DNA from: Pontixanthobacter sp.
GTDB lineage: Bacteria > Pseudomonadota > Alphaproteobacteria > Sphingomonadales > Sphingomonadaceae
Reading direction: 5' to 3'
Assembly (NCBI GenBank): GCA_037968495.1
Contig: JBBKVP010000033.1
Location: forward strand, 26,574 to 90,573
DNA: 64,000 nt
Shown piece by piece: positions 37,861 to 49,349 of this stretch (within the stretch, counting starts at the first letter, position 1; every line of letters starts with the position of its first letter). The notes under the pieces were generated by a model. It was not told where the DNA came from. It made no database searches and was given only the letters and a program-made list of their open reading frames with translations. Position numbers and translations under genes: made by a program.

Positions 37861-37927
37861 CCCCACCTTGCGCCATGCCCCCCCTCTGCTAAAGCGCGAG
37901 CAACTCATTCAGCTACACAGGACGAAC

Positions 37928-39148
37928 ATGGCCAAGATCAAGGTGCAAAACCCCGTTGTTGAACTCGACGGCGATGAAATGACCCGCATTATATGGCAGT
38001 GGATCCGCGAGCGGCTAATCTTGCCTTATCTCGACATCGATCTGAAATATTACGATCTTTCAATTGAGAAGCGCGACGAGACGGATGACCAGATCACCGT
38101 CGATGCCGCCAATGCGATCAAGGAATATGGCGTGGGCGTAAAATGTGCCACCATCACGCCTGACGAAGAGCGCGTCGAAGAATTCGGCCTGAAGAAGATG
38201 TGGCGTTCGCCTAACGGCACGATCCGTAACATCCTCGGCGGCGTAGTTTTCCGCGAGCCCATCGTCATCGACAATGTTCCGCGTCTGGTTCCAGGCTGGA
38301 CCGACCCCATCGTGATTGGCCGCCACGCGTTTGGTGACCAGTACCGCGCCACCGACACTCTCATCCCGGGCCCCGGCAAGCTGCGCCTCGTGTTTGAGGG
38401 CGAAGATGGCAAGAATATCGATCTCGATGTCTATGAATTCCAGTCGAGCGGCGTTGCGATGGCGATGTACAACCTCGACGATTCGATCCGCGACTTTGCT
38501 CGCGCTTCGATGAATTACGGCCTCGATCGCAAATGGCCCGTTTACCTCTCGACCAAGAATACGATCATGAAAGCCTATGATGGCCGCTTCAAAGATTTGT
38601 TCGAACATATTTACGAGACGGAATTCAAGGCCAAGTTCGAAGAAGCCAAGATCACCTACGAACACCGCCTGATCGACGATATGGTCGCATCCGCTCTCAA
38701 GTGGAACGGCAAGTTTGTTTGGGCTTGTAAGAACTATGATGGCGACGTTCAGTCGGACACGGTCGCGCAGGGCTTTGGCTCGCTAGGCCTCATGACGTCA
38801 GTATTGATGACCCCGTCAGGCGATACCGTCGAAGCAGAAGCTGCGCACGGCACAGTTACGCGCCACTACCGCCAGCACCAGCAGGGCAAAGCGACCAGCA
38901 CGAACCCGATTGCATCGATCTTCGCCTGGACGCGCGGTCTGATGTATCGCGGCAAGTACGACAACACACCTGACGTGGTGAAGTTCGCCGAAACGCTCGA
39001 GCGCGTCTGCATCCAGACCGTCGAAAAGGGTAACATGACCAAGGATCTCGCCTTGCTCATCGGCCCCAGCCAGAGCTGGATGACCACCGAACAGTTCTTT
39101 GAAGCCATCGTGAACGGCCTCGAAGAGGAAATGCAGGCTTGGGCCTAA
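37928..39148 (+). CDS. icd: NADP-dependent isocitrate dehydrogenase (eukaryote-like homodimeric type)
   Basis: [32 protein letters not shown] and NYDGDVQSD. Start taken at the ATG at 37928. Confidence 0.95.
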   Translation: MAKIKVQNPVVELDGDEMTRIIWQWIRERLILPYLDIDLKYYDLSIEKRDETDDQITVDAANAIKEYGVGVKCATITPDEERVEEFGLKKMWRSPNGTIRNILGGVVFREPIVIDNVPRLVPGWTDPIVIGRHAFGDQYRATDTLIPGPGKLRLVFEGEDGKNIDLDVYEFQSSGVAMAMYNLDDSIRDFARASMNYGLDRKWPVYLSTKNTIMKAYDGRFKDLFEHIYETEFKAKFEEAKITYEHRLIDDMVASALKWNGKFVWACKNYDGDVQSDTVAQGFGSLGLMTSVLMTPSGDTVEAEAAHGTVTRHYRQHQQGKATSTNPIASIFAWTRGLMYRGKYDNTPDVVKFAETLERVCIQTVEKGNMTKDLALLIGPSQSWMTTEQFFEAIVNGLEEEMQAWA

Positions 39149-39233
39149 CCGCCCGATTTCCTAACGGCATTCGGGCCGGTCGCGGCTACTGCTGCGGCCG
39201 GCCTTGTCTTTTAATTCTCGTAGAAAGTCACTG

Positions 39234-40871
39234 ATGCCCGAAGCTAAACCCAAAGCCCGCCTAGAAGTCCGGCAAGCGGCGCTGGATGATGTGCGCGCGA
39301 TCGCTGATCTGGTGCGCCGCGCTTATGCTGACTTGCCGGCTTACACGCACGGCGAAATTCGTGGGCAGATCAATAACTTCCCCGATGGCTGCTTTGTCGC
39401 CAAGATGGATGGCAAGCTGGTCGGCTATTGCGCCTCCATGCGGCTAAGCGGGAATACCGCGTTAAAGCCGCACACTTGGGATGAAATTACCGGCAATGGC
39501 TTTGGGTCGCGGCATCTGGCTACGGGCGAGTGGCTCTACGGCTATGAAATGTGCGTTGATCCCAAAATGCGCGGCACACGCATCGGGCGGCGCCTGTATG
39601 AAGAGCGGCGCGCGCTGGCTGAACAGCTAGAGCTGTCCGGGATCGTATTTGGCGGACGGATGCCGAACCTGTCGCGTTCATGGCGCAAGGTTGAGGGGCC
39701 TGAGGATTACCTGGAGCAGGTCAAAGACAGCAAGATCCACGATCCTGTCCTGCGCTTCCAGCTTGCCAATGGCTTCGAACCGATTGGCATCCTCAAAAAC
39801 TACTTGCCCGAGGACAAGAAATCGAAGGCTTATGCCGTCCATATGTTGTGGCGGAACCCTTACGTTGATCACAACGAGCCGAAGAAGCACCGCATTCCGC
39901 GCGGCGTGGAAAGCGTGCGGATCGCGACCTGTCAGCTGCAAGCCCGCTCGGTTAAAAACTATGACGAGTTCATGAGTCAAGTCGAGTATTTCGTCGATGT
40001 TGCAGCAGATTACGAGGCAGACTTTATAGTCTTTCCGGAGCTCTTCACCCTAATGCTCCTGAGCTTTGAGGACAAAGAGCTGACCCCGATGGAAGCTATT
40101 GACACACTGTCGAAATATACGCCCCGTATCCGTCAGACGCTCAGCGACATGGCTCTGAAGTATAACATCAACATCATCGGCGGATCGCACCCCACCCGCA
40201 TGGATGATGGTGACATCCACAATGTCGCCTATGTCTGCCTGCGCGATGGCTCAATCTACAGCCAGGAGAAGATCCACCCCACCCCGAACGAGGCCTATTG
40301 GTGGAACATCAAGGGCGGCGATTCCATCGACGCCATTCCGACCGATTGTGGCCCCATTGGCGTGCTCATTTGCTATGACAGCGAATTTCCCGAACTCGCC
40401 CGCCGCCTGGTGGACGAAGGCGCGCGGATCATCTTCGTACCGTTCTGCACCGACAGCCGCCAAGGATACATGCGCGTGCGCTACTGCGCTCAGGCCCGGG
40501 CAATCGAGAACCAATGTTTCGTGGTGATGAGCGGCAACGTCGGCAATCTGCCCAACGTCGGCAATATGGACATCCAATACGCCCAGAGTTGCATACTTAC
40601 GCCCTGCGACTTCCCTTTCGCCCGAGACGGTATCGCGGCAGAAGCGAGCGAGAATGTCGAGACGCTTACCATCAGCGACGTAAACCTCGCCGATCTAAGC
40701 TGGGCGCGCGCCGAAGGCACGGTCCAGAACCTCGCCGACCGCCGCTTCGACCTTTACCGGATCGAATGGGACAAGCGCGTTGGAAACATCTCGGATCAAC
40801 CCCGCATTGGCGAAACGCAGGAAAGCGCAGCGACCGCCCCAACCGGCCCGCACACAGCAGGCGGTGGATAG
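39234..40871 (+). CDS. fused GNAT N-acetyltransferase / carbon-nitrogen hydrolase (nitrilase superfamily) protein
   Basis: The N-terminal half has an acetyl-CoA-binding-type motif (RGTRIGRRLYE). The C-terminal half has nitrilase-superfamily Glu (FPELF) and Cys (LICYDSEFPE) motifs. An alternative TTG start lies at 39204. Confidence 0.8.
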   Translation: MPEAKPKARLEVRQAALDDVRAIADLVRRAYADLPAYTHGEIRGQINNFPDGCFVAKMDGKLVGYCASMRLSGNTALKPHTWDEITGNGFGSRHLATGEWLYGYEMCVDPKMRGTRIGRRLYEERRALAEQLELSGIVFGGRMPNLSRSWRKVEGPEDYLEQVKDSKIHDPVLRFQLANGFEPIGILKNYLPEDKKSKAYAVHMLWRNPYVDHNEPKKHRIPRGVESVRIATCQLQARSVKNYDEFMSQVEYFVDVAADYEADFIVFPELFTLMLLSFEDKELTPMEAIDTLSKYTPRIRQTLSDMALKYNINIIGGSHPTRMDDGDIHNVAYVCLRDGSIYSQEKIHPTPNEAYWWNIKGGDSIDAIPTDCGPIGVLICYDSEFPELARRLVDEGARIIFVPFCTDSRQGYMRVRYCAQARAIENQCFVVMSGNVGNLPNVGNMDIQYAQSCILTPCDFPFARDGIAAEASENVETLTISDVNLADLSWARAEGTVQNLADRRFDLYRIEWDKRVGNISDQPRIGETQESAATAPTGPHTAGGG

Positions 40872-40932
40872 GCGCACAATTAGGTCCATTGGGCGCGTGA
40901 CATAGGCGGCGAGCCTGCCATAGAGTAAGAAT

Positions 40933-42696
40933 ATGGCAGGCGAAATTTCACTATCCCCGGCATTGTCCGATGCACTGGTGATTCTCGGTTCCGCTGGGAT
41001 CATTATTCCGGTGTTCGCGCGTCTGCGGATTACGCCGGTAATCGGGTTCATTCTGATCGGCCTGCTGGTTGGCCCATACGGCCTCGGCAGCTGGGTGTAT
41101 GAATATCCCTGGCTGACTCATGTGACCATTTCTGACCCGGAGGGTTTGGAGCCCTTTGCCGAGTTCGGGATCATCCTTCTGCTCTTCACAATCGGTCTAG
41201 AGCTATCGTTCAACCGATTGTGGAAGCTTAGAAAAATGGTCTTCGGCCTGGGTGCGTTGGAACTACTGATTAGCGCCACTCTGCTGATGATCGCATTGTC
41301 GATGATGGGGCAATATTGGACCGGCGCACTTGGTCTCGGCCTTGCCCTCGCCCTGTCTTCTACCGCGCTTGTTCTTCATATAACCGGCACTCAGTCGCCC
41401 GTTGGCCGCGCGGCGCTTTCTATGTTGCTGTTCGAAGATATCGCCATCGTGCCGATCATCTTCCTGCTCGGCGCTATGGCGCCCTTTGCCGAAACAGGCG
41501 GATGGGCCGGAGTTTGGGACGCCCTGTGGCAAGGTGCATTGATGATTGCGCTGCTGTTGATCGTGGGCCGCTTCGCACTACCCCGCCTGTTCGCGCAAGC
41601 TGCACGGACGAAAAGCCCCGAACTTTTCCTCGCCGCCAGCCTGCTGGTCGTGATCGGAGCAAGCCTCGCAACAGCCGCTGTTGGCCTATCACCTATCGTT
41701 GGCGCGCTGATCGCTGGACTATTGATCGCCGAAACTGAATATCATGGTGAAGTCGAAGGCATCACTGCACCCTTTAAGGGCCTCGCGCTGGGTGTGTTCC
41801 TGATCACGGTCGGTATGAGCATCGACATCACCACCATCTGGGCGAATTTCTGGACGATCCTGCTTGCGGTCGTCGGGGTGCTCACGCTGAAGGCTGTTGT
41901 GACGGGACTGCTCCTTCGCACAATGGGCGCACGGCGCGGCACAGCGACAGAGGCGGGCATTTTGATGGCCAGCCCATCCGAGACCACCCTGATCGTTCTG
42001 GCCGCCGCAAGCTCCGCTCTGCTCATTCAGCCTGGCACTGCGCAATTCTGGCAAATTGTCACTGCCATCGGGCTCACCATCACGCCGCTGCTCGCGCGCC
42101 TCGGACGAGTCATCGCGCGGCGTATCGAGCCAATTCCCGAACTGCCGACCGACTATAGCGGCGAACCGCGCGCGATTATTATCGGCTTTGGCCGCGTAGG
42201 CCGTTTGATCGCCGACATGCTGGACAAACATGACAAACCGTATGTGGCCATCGACTCTGACGCGGATATCATCGAACGCGCCAAGCGGGACGGATACCGC
42301 GCGACATACGGCAATGCCGCTCGCAGCGATGTGCTGGACAAGCTTGGAATCGACAATTCACCCGCTGTGATCATGACAATGGACGAACCGGTTCTGGCGC
42401 AGCGTATGACCCGCAAGCTGCGTCTCGCCCATCCCGATCTGCCGATCATCGTGCGCGCTCGCGATCCCGAAGCTGCAGGCGGGCTCTACAAGGCTGGCGC
42501 AAGCCACGCCGTGCCTGAGACGCTTGAAAGCTCGTTGCAGCTATCCGAAGCCGTGCTTGTAGATATGGGCGTAGCAATGGGCCCCGTGATCGCATCGATT
42601 CACGAAAAGCGCGACGAGTACCGTCTCCAAATTCAAGAGGGCGGCGATTTGGATCACAAGCCAAAACTGCGCAGCGCCACCACGACTGCTACTTAG
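40933..42696 (+). CDS. Kef-type monovalent cation:proton antiporter (CPA2) with C-terminal TrkA-N/RCK domain
   Basis: About 12 TM segments followed by the Rossmann motif [10 protein letters not shown]. Confidence 0.85.
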   Translation: MAGEISLSPALSDALVILGSAGIIIPVFARLRITPVIGFILIGLLVGPYGLGSWVYEYPWLTHVTISDPEGLEPFAEFGIILLLFTIGLELSFNRLWKLRKMVFGLGALELLISATLLMIALSMMGQYWTGALGLGLALALSSTALVLHITGTQSPVGRAALSMLLFEDIAIVPIIFLLGAMAPFAETGGWAGVWDALWQGALMIALLLIVGRFALPRLFAQAARTKSPELFLAASLLVVIGASLATAAVGLSPIVGALIAGLLIAETEYHGEVEGITAPFKGLALGVFLITVGMSIDITTIWANFWTILLAVVGVLTLKAVVTGLLLRTMGARRGTATEAGILMASPSETTLIVLAAASSALLIQPGTAQFWQIVTAIGLTITPLLARLGRVIARRIEPIPELPTDYSGEPRAIIIGFGRVGRLIADMLDKHDKPYVAIDSDADIIERAKRDGYRATYGNAARSDVLDKLGIDNSPAVIMTMDEPVLAQRMTRKLRLAHPDLPIIVRARDPEAAGGLYKAGASHAVPETLESSLQLSEAVLVDMGVAMGPVIASIHEKRDEYRLQIQEGGDLDHKPKLRSATTTAT

Positions 42697-45347
42697 CCCT
42701 CAATCAACGCCTTCACAGCGTCGAGTGCTTCATTGGCCTTCGATCCATCCGGCCCGCCGCCTTGCGCCATATCGGGCCTGCCGCCGCCGCCCTTTCCGCC
42801 CAATGCCTCTACACCAGCGCGAACCAGCTCGGTTGCATCGAAGCGGTCGGTCAGGTCAGCTGTGACTGCCGCCGCAAAGGCTGCCCGGCCATCATTGACG
42901 GCGACGATTGCTGCGATGCCCGAACCCATGCGGCCTTTCGCTTCGTCCAGCAACGGGCGCAGTTCCTTGGGGTTCAGGCCTTCAACGACCTGCCCGCTGA
43001 ACGCCACGCCGCCGATATCCTCAACGACCGCAGCGCCGCCGCTAGAAGCTCCGCCGCCAAGGGCTAGAGCTCTTTGCGCATCGGCGAGCTCTTTTTCCAT
43101 ACGCTTGCGCTCGTCGATCAGTGCAGCAACCCGCGCTTCGACCTCGTCCGGCGCTGTTTTTAGCGAGCTCGCGACATTCTTCAGCGCTTCCTCGCGGCCA
43201 ACAAGCCATTGGCGTGCAGCCTCGCCTGTTAGCGCTTCGATACGGCGGACGCCTGACGACACAGCACCTTCGGAAATGACTCGGAACACGCCGATATCAC
43301 CCATCGCATTCACATGCGTGCCGCCGCATAGCTCGACCGAGTAATTGAGACCCTTGTCGCCCACGCGGCCCATCGAGAGAACGCGCACTTCATCGCCGTA
43401 CTTCTCTCCGAACAGAGCGAGCGCGCCCGCTTCGACAGCATCATCGGGGCTCATCAAACGCGTGCTAACCGGATCATTGGCGCGAATTTCGACGTTCACA
43501 TCCGTTTCGATGTGCGTAATTTCCGCCGGTGTAAGCGGCTTGGGATGTGAAAAGTCAAAGCGCAGCCGATCCTCTGCGACCAGCGATCCCTTTTGCGTGA
43601 CATGACCACCCAATCGGCCCCTTAAAGCAGCATGCAGCAGATGCGTGGCGGAATGATTGGCCCGAATTGCATCGCGCCGCTCGGCATCGACTCTCAGATG
43701 GACGGTATCCCCAACCGAGATACTGCCCGCGTCAACCTTGCCCTGGTGTGCATGTAAGCGGCCAAGCGGCTTAGACGTGCCGGTAACCGTCAGCGCCAAT
43801 CGCTTGTCGCCTGTAATCGTGCCGGCATCACCGGTTTGTCCGCCGCTTTCGCCGTAAAACGGAGTCTGGTTGGTCAGTACGATCAATTCGGTGCCTGCGT
43901 CGGCGCGGTCAACTTCTTTGCCGTCAACCAGCAGAGCAACGACACGGCCGTCGCCTTCTGTCGAGCTATATCCTGTGAATTCGGTAGCGCCTTCGCGCTC
44001 GGCAATGTCGAACCACTTCTCACCGTCGGCAGTCTGACCGGAGCCTTTCCAAGCGGCGCGCGCAGCCTTCTTCTGTTCGGACATGGCTGCATCGAAGCCG
44101 TCACGGTCAACTGTTATGCCGTCGGCTCGAAGAGCGTCTTCGGTCAAATCGTAGGGAAAACCGAATGTGTCATAGAGCTTGAAGGCAGTTTCGCCGGGGA
44201 GTTCATCGCCTTCGCACAAGCCTTCGGTTGCCTGATCGAGCAGCTTCAAGCCTTTGTCGAGCGTCTGTCGGAAGCGCATTTCTTCGCGTTCCAACACGTC
44301 TTCGATCAGGTCCTGACCGCGTGAAAGTTCCGGGAATGCCTGCCCCATTTCCTCAACCAGCGAAGGCACAAGGCGATGCATCAGCGGGTCGCTTGCGCCC
44401 AGCAGGTGAGCATGACGCATCGCCCGGCGCATAATTCGGCGAAGGACATAGCCGCGCCCTTCGTTGGATGGCAGGACACCGTCAGCGAGCAGAAAACTGG
44501 TCGACCGTAGATGATCGGCAATCACGCGGTGACTAGCAAGTTGGTCGCCTTCCGCCTTGGTTCCGGTCAGAGATTGCGACGCTTCTATCAGGGCTTTGAA
44601 AGTATCCGTGTCGTAATTGTTGTGCACGCCCTGCATGACAGCCGCTACGCGCTCCAGACCCATGCCCGTATCAATCGATGGCTTGGGCAGCGGACGCCGC
44701 TCACCTTCCGCATTCTGGTCAAATTGCATGAAAACGAGGTTCCATATCTCGACAAAACGGTCGCCATCTTCATCAGGCGATCCGGGAGGTCCGCCTTCGA
44801 TGTGGTCGCCGTGATCGTAGAAGATTTCACTGCAAGGACCGCATGGGCCAGTGTCGCCCATCGACCAGAAATTGTCCGCGGTGGCGATGCGGATGATGCG
44901 ATCATCAGGCAGGCCTGCAACGCGCTGCCATAATGCAAATGCCTCATCATCATCGTGATAAACGGTCGCAGTCAGACGTGCGGGATCGAGGCCCCACTCT
45001 TTTGTCAGCAGTGTCCAGGCATGCTCGATCGCATCGGCTTTGAAATAGTCGCCGAAGGAGAAATTGCCGAGCATTTCGAAGAAAGTGTGGTGGCGCGCGG
45101 TATATCCGACATTGTCGAGATCATTGTGCTTGCCCCCGGCCCGAACGCATTTTTGCGAGCTGGTCGCGCGAGGCGCTGGCGGTGTTTCAAGGCCCGTAAA
45201 CACGTTCTTGAACGGGACCATGCCCGCATTGACGAACATGAGCGTGGGGTCATTATACGGGACAAGCGGCGCGCTCGGTTCTTCCACGTGGCCATTGACA
45301 GCGAAATAGTCGAGGAAAGAGCGGCGAATTTCATTGGTCGATTGCAT
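42693..45347 (-). CDS. alaS: alanine--tRNA ligase
   Basis: FLDYF..NGH, class II core motifs, editing-domain HSATHLLH, and C-terminal [12 protein letters not shown]. Confidence 0.97.
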   Translation of the reverse strand: MQSTNEIRRSFLDYFAVNGHVEEPSAPLVPYNDPTLMFVNAGMVPFKNVFTGLETPPAPRATSSQKCVRAGGKHNDLDNVGYTARHHTFFEMLGNFSFGDYFKADAIEHAWTLLTKEWGLDPARLTATVYHDDDEAFALWQRVAGLPDDRIIRIATADNFWSMGDTGPCGPCSEIFYDHGDHIEGGPPGSPDEDGDRFVEIWNLVFMQFDQNAEGERRPLPKPSIDTGMGLERVAAVMQGVHNNYDTDTFKALIEASQSLTGTKAEGDQLASHRVIADHLRSTSFLLADGVLPSNEGRGYVLRRIMRRAMRHAHLLGASDPLMHRLVPSLVEEMGQAFPELSRGQDLIEDVLEREEMRFRQTLDKGLKLLDQATEGLCEGDELPGETAFKLYDTFGFPYDLTEDALRADGITVDRDGFDAAMSEQKKAARAAWKGSGQTADGEKWFDIAEREGATEFTGYSSTEGDGRVVALLVDGKEVDRADAGTELIVLTNQTPFYGESGGQTGDAGTITGDKRLALTVTGTSKPLGRLHAHQGKVDAGSISVGDTVHLRVDAERRDAIRANHSATHLLHAALRGRLGGHVTQKGSLVAEDRLRFDFSHPKPLTPAEITHIETDVNVEIRANDPVSTRLMSPDDAVEAGALALFGEKYGDEVRVLSMGRVGDKGLNYSVELCGGTHVNAMGDIGVFRVISEGAVSSGVRRIEALTGEAARQWLVGREEALKNVASSLKTAPDEVEARVAALIDERKRMEKELADAQRALALGGGASSGGAAVVEDIGGVAFSGQVVEGLNPKELRPLLDEAKGRMGSGIAAIVAVNDGRAAFAAAVTADLTDRFDATELVRAGVEALGGKGGGGRPDMAQGGGPDGSKANEALDAVKALIEG

Positions 45348-45413
45348 GGGCGGGACTTAAGCATCGGCGCAAATGCTGACAAGCACTCAATGCGTCCTTT
45401 TGTTTTGGAAGGG

Positions 45414-46235
45414 TTAGGCCATCGCCGTGACAATCCAGGCCGCCGCGCCCAAGGCCACGATGCTTCCATCGACGCGCGATGACAGAAAGCTTCGAAGCTT
45501 AGCGACAAACAGCTCGCGTTCGTCCTGTCCAAGAGCGCGCGCAGCTGCGGCTGCAGGGCCGATGTTCATCAAATAAGAGACAGCATCATCGACGGGACCG
45601 TCGCCTGCTCCGGCTACGTAGGCAAAGTCAGCAGGCTCGAACTCGACATGCTTCCAACCGGCTTCGGTAAGCATATTTGATACGAAGTCGCGATCTGCGA
45701 ATGCGAAGGGTCCTGGACGGTATCCCGGCCCCGGCTTCGCAATTGCACCGTCAGGCAATAGGCCTGCTAAATCAGTAAGCCATGGATTATTGTCGAACCG
45801 TTGGAAGCAGGAAAACACCAGGCGGGCATCCGGCATTGCAGCCGTCCGCAGATGGGCAAATGCCCTTGCAGGGTTTTCGAAGAACATGACCCCGTGGCGA
45901 GACAGGAGCAAATCAGGCTTCCAGTTGCGGTCTTCCCACTCACCGGCATCCATAACCGTAAATTCAACATTGTTCTGGGAAGCACGCTCGCGCGCCACTT
46001 CAACCAGCTCTTTACTGATATCAATGCCGCGAACTACAGCTTGGGGATGACTGCGCGCCAAAGCGAGCGAAAGCTCGCCCGCACCACATCCGATATCAAG
46101 AGCACGCTCGATCCCTGCACCGCGTGCAACTTGTAGCAAACGATCGGTCAAACCAGCAAAACTGCGGTCCGTACGCCGCCATTCGCGCGACCAAGTCTGT
46201 CCGACTTGTCCTTGCCATTCGCTTGCGTCCGTCAT
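45414..46235 (-). CDS. class I SAM-dependent methyltransferase
   Basis: Motif I ALDIGCGAGELS, with a downstream acidic motif. Confidence 0.8.
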   Translation of the reverse strand: MTDASEWQGQVGQTWSREWRRTDRSFAGLTDRLLQVARGAGIERALDIGCGAGELSLALARSHPQAVVRGIDISKELVEVARERASQNNVEFTVMDAGEWEDRNWKPDLLLSRHGVMFFENPARAFAHLRTAAMPDARLVFSCFQRFDNNPWLTDLAGLLPDGAIAKPGPGYRPGPFAFADRDFVSNMLTEAGWKHVEFEPADFAYVAGAGDGPVDDAVSYLMNIGPAAAAARALGQDERELFVAKLRSFLSSRVDGSIVALGAAAWIVTAMA

Positions 46236-46371
46236 TCCTTACCTCAAAATATGCATTGCGCCTGCGTCTATAGGGCACGGCGTATATGTGTAATCCCTAA
46301 GTACAAATGGTAAAGGGGTTACGGTTTTGGGCACGCTTGCCATCAGCAAGCGGCCGCATGCGGACTGATCA

Positions 46372-46420
46372 GACAAAGAAAAACCGGTGCACTAGACCTG
46401 TTGAAAGGTCACGGCACCGG
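46372..46420 (-). terminator. rho-independent terminator of recA
   Basis: On the minus strand: CCGGTGCcgtGACCTttcaacAGGTCtagtGCACCGG followed by TTTTTCTTTG. Confidence 0.7.
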
Positions 46421-46463
46421 CTTCACATTTTTCCGCTCGCAAATGAATGCGCGCGCTTAAGGA

Positions 46464-47531
46464 TCAGTCTTCGGGCTTCGCGCTTGGCCCTTCGAGCAGC
46501 TCCTCGGCGACCTTGTCGGTGCGGCTGCGAATTTCAGCTTCCAACTTGTCGCAAACTTCGGGGTTATCTTTCAAATAAGTCTTCGAATTTTCGCGGCCCT
46601 GACCGATACGGATACTGTCATAGCTGAACCAGCTACCTGACTTCTCCACGAGCCCAGCCTTCACGCCAAGATCGAGGATCTCGCCGCGCTTCGATATGCC
46701 TTCACCGTACATGATATCAAACTCGACCTGCTTGAACGGCGGAGCGACCTTGTTCTTGACCACTTTGACGCGGGTCGCGTTACCAACCACTTCGTCACGG
46801 TCCTTGATCGCGCCGATGCGGCGAATGTCGAGACGAACCGAAGCGTAGAACTTGAGCGCATTACCGCCGGTTGTGGTTTCAGGGTTGCCGTACATCACGC
46901 CAATTTTCATGCGCAACTGGTTGATGAAGATCACCATCGTCTTGGATCGCGAAATCGAGCCGGTTAGCTTGCGCAGGCTCTGCGACATCAGGCGGGCCTG
47001 AAGGCCAACATGGCTATCGCCCATTTCGCCCTCGATTTCAGCGCGCGGCACCAATGCTGCAACGGAGTCGATTACGAGAATGTCGATGGCGTTCGAACGC
47101 ACCAGCGTGTCGACGATTTCAAGCGCCTGTTCACCGGTATCGGGCTGCGAGACGATGAGTTCATCAATGTCGACGCCCAGCGCCTTGGCATAGATGGGAT
47201 CAAGCGCGTGTTCCGCGTCAACAAAAGCAGCGGTGCCGCCATTCTTCTGCGCTTCAGCAATAGTATGCAGGGCCAGCGTAGTTTTGCCCGAGCTTTCCGG
47301 ACCGTAAATTTCAACAACCCGGCCACGCGGCAAGCCGCCGATGCCAAGCGCAATGTCGAGCCCCAGCGAGCCGGTAGAGATAGATTCAATCTCCAGCGCT
47401 TCGCGGCTGCCCAGCTTCATCGCCGAACCTTTACCGAATGCGCGGTCAATCTGCGCGAGTGCGGCGTCGAGAGCCTTCTGACGGTCCACGTTCTTTTCCT
47501 TACCTTCTACGAGCTTAAGACTTGCAGCCAT
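46464..47531 (-). CDS. recA: recombinase RecA
   Basis: Walker [10 protein letters not shown], and [31 protein letters not shown]. Confidence 0.98.
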   Translation of the reverse strand: MAASLKLVEGKEKNVDRQKALDAALAQIDRAFGKGSAMKLGSREALEIESISTGSLGLDIALGIGGLPRGRVVEIYGPESSGKTTLALHTIAEAQKNGGTAAFVDAEHALDPIYAKALGVDIDELIVSQPDTGEQALEIVDTLVRSNAIDILVIDSVAALVPRAEIEGEMGDSHVGLQARLMSQSLRKLTGSISRSKTMVIFINQLRMKIGVMYGNPETTTGGNALKFYASVRLDIRRIGAIKDRDEVVGNATRVKVVKNKVAPPFKQVEFDIMYGEGISKRGEILDLGVKAGLVEKSGSWFSYDSIRIGQGRENSKTYLKDNPEVCDKLEAEIRSRTDKVAEELLEGPSAKPED

Positions 47532-47619
47532 GTCATTGTCTCCGTCAGTTTACCAGAGCACCCATTTGATTGCCCCCGTTTGATCTTGTGAGACAGTATG
47601 TACCAACTTTGTTCTCATA

Positions 47620-47634
47620 GAACAAGGGGGGAAC
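47620..47634 (-). promoter_or_regulatory. alphaproteobacterial LexA (SOS) box in the recA promoter region
   Basis: The recA-sense strand reads GTTC-CCCCCTT-GTTC (GTTC-N7-GTTC) about 90 nt upstream of the ATG. A further GAAC half-site follows 5 nt downstream on the recA-sense strand. Confidence 0.65.
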
Positions 47635-47699
47635 AAGAAATTTCCTATAGTTGATAGGAAACGGCAGAATTGCGCGGGCTTCAGCGCATTTTCAGTGTT

Positions 47700-49337
47700 C
47701 TAATCCGCATCAGCCGAGCGAATTTTCCACTTTATCGTGCGTGTTCCGTTCGCGGGAATTGTGAATTCGGCCACATACTTGCCGTCCTTCACAAGAGTCT
47801 GACGCAGACCCTTTATCTCCCAGGCGCTGGACCAGCCCAGATCAAGGCGCACTTTGACCGGACCCGGATTAGCGTTGGTCATGACCGTTTGCATTTTCGC
47901 AAACTTGCGGGGTTTGTCACCAATTTCGGCCTCTGAGGTACGGCTGCAGGCTGCATAGACCTGGCTGCTATCGCCCAATTCAATCTCTATAGCCTGCCCC
48001 GATGCATAATCGCGCAATTGCTGTTCGCCAACCAGTTGGTTGCCATAAGAGCTTGGCTCGAAAATCGTGATGCCTCCCATGGGCAGAGCGACGCCGAGGC
48101 CATGCTCCTTATCATTCACTGTGGTGAGCAACATTGACGCGGCTACGGTTGGCGCCTCTTCGTCATAGTCAGCGTCGTAATATTCGCTGCCCCACGGATC
48201 ACAACTTGCCGTGTAAAGGTAGTCGCCTTTCACATCCTGCTTGTTGAGGAAGGCAACTTGCTTGAGGCCTTTCGACGCAACGGTGACAGGCACCGGAATG
48301 CGGTAGAGCTTAAGATCACCGAGGTTTTCCTCTGATGCGATAACCGCTGGAGCTTCGGCTTCGACGGACTTTCTCCGCGATGCAGTGACCATAATCGCGT
48401 CATTAGCGACGCCTTCCATCATCTCAGGTGCATAAGCCACGGAGGCAAGAGGCGGTGGTGGCAAAGGATAATTAATAGGTGAACCGGTCGCAGTGCTGCC
48501 AATCGGGAAACAGGTCAGTCGCAGCGGCGCGGCGGTCGGCGGATCGGACAAGTCTTCGAAATCGCTCTCGATATTGATCGCGCCGGCGACCGCCATCAGC
48601 TCGGCATCTTCGAAGCTCTGGCCATTATCATTGAGGATGGTGAGCCATGACATCAGGTTCATTCGCAACTCCTCACCGCGCTTGCCCTCTTGCAAGGCGG
48701 CAACATAATGTGCCTGCCAGTCGAAGCCCCAAGCCAGATAGGTCAGCACCACTTGATAAGTACCGCCGCTCTCATCGCGTGTGTTGATGGAGAACACGGG
48801 TTTTGCGGAAAGTCCCGCTGGCACATTCTGGAAAGTCAGCTTTTCAGGCATGCCAGAACAGCGAACTGCTTCGAACCCTTGCGATGTTTGCAGCACCAAC
48901 CCGCCATCGGCACGCGTGCGGACGATGGCGCTTTCCGATACGGCCTGACCATTGGCCGGATTGGTCCGCGTGATTGTAATGCGATTGCCGAGCGTCCCGT
49001 CCACCAACGCGCCGGGTGACAGCAGATCGGCATTGCGGTTCTTCTCGATTGTCCCCTGCGGCAGACCGGTAACGATCGCGCTGACCGCAACCATACCCTC
49101 GGCCACACCTTCAAAGCGCACAGTAGATTCGCCGGGCGGTAAAGTGAGTGTCCGCGTTTCGCTGATCATCGCGAAACCTCGCGGCCAATTGGCGTCCATC
49201 GCCTCTTCCGAACCCCGCTCCGGATCACGATACACGGTTACCGACAAATCCTCGGGCGAAGAAGCATCGACTGCCTCACGTGTATCGGCCAGCGTACTCC
49301 ACAGAGCCAGAGGCAAGAGGAAGGCTGCGTGTAGCAT
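47700..49337 (-). CDS. secreted DUF4139-family protein (paralogue B)
   Basis: Signal-like N-terminus. It shares blocks with the upstream paralogue: ITITRTNPANGQA vs ITLIRTNPATGQE, WQAHYVAALQE vs WSADYVALYDE, and SWLTILNDNGQSFEDAELMAVAG vs GWVTLTNNTGTTFHNADTLLVAG. Confidence 0.7.
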   Translation of the reverse strand: MLHAAFLLPLALWSTLADTREAVDASSPEDLSVTVYRDPERGSEEAMDANWPRGFAMISETRTLTLPPGESTVRFEGVAEGMVAVSAIVTGLPQGTIEKNRNADLLSPGALVDGTLGNRITITRTNPANGQAVSESAIVRTRADGGLVLQTSQGFEAVRCSGMPEKLTFQNVPAGLSAKPVFSINTRDESGGTYQVVLTYLAWGFDWQAHYVAALQEGKRGEELRMNLMSWLTILNDNGQSFEDAELMAVAGAINIESDFEDLSDPPTAAPLRLTCFPIGSTATGSPINYPLPPPPLASVAYAPEMMEGVANDAIMVTASRRKSVEAEAPAVIASEENLGDLKLYRIPVPVTVASKGLKQVAFLNKQDVKGDYLYTASCDPWGSEYYDADYDEEAPTVAASMLLTTVNDKEHGLGVALPMGGITIFEPSSYGNQLVGEQQLRDYASGQAIEIELGDSSQVYAACSRTSEAEIGDKPRKFAKMQTVMTNANPGPVKVRLDLGWSSAWEIKGLRQTLVKDGKYVAEFTIPANGTRTIKWKIRSADAD

Positions 49338-49349
49338 CGCCTATCCCTC

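Noticed and set aside
37616-37876. 86-aa minus-strand ORF covering the tRNA-Val/icd spacer.
   Set aside because: It is Arg/Ser/Leu-rich with no start context, and it coincides exactly with the hairpin-dense inverted-repeat element. A non-coding explanation is more economical.
37501-37930. tRNA-Val as an integration site for a genomic island or prophage.
   Set aside because: There is no integrase, no phage or mobile genes, and no direct repeat of the tRNA 3-prime end downstream. The next gene is housekeeping icd.
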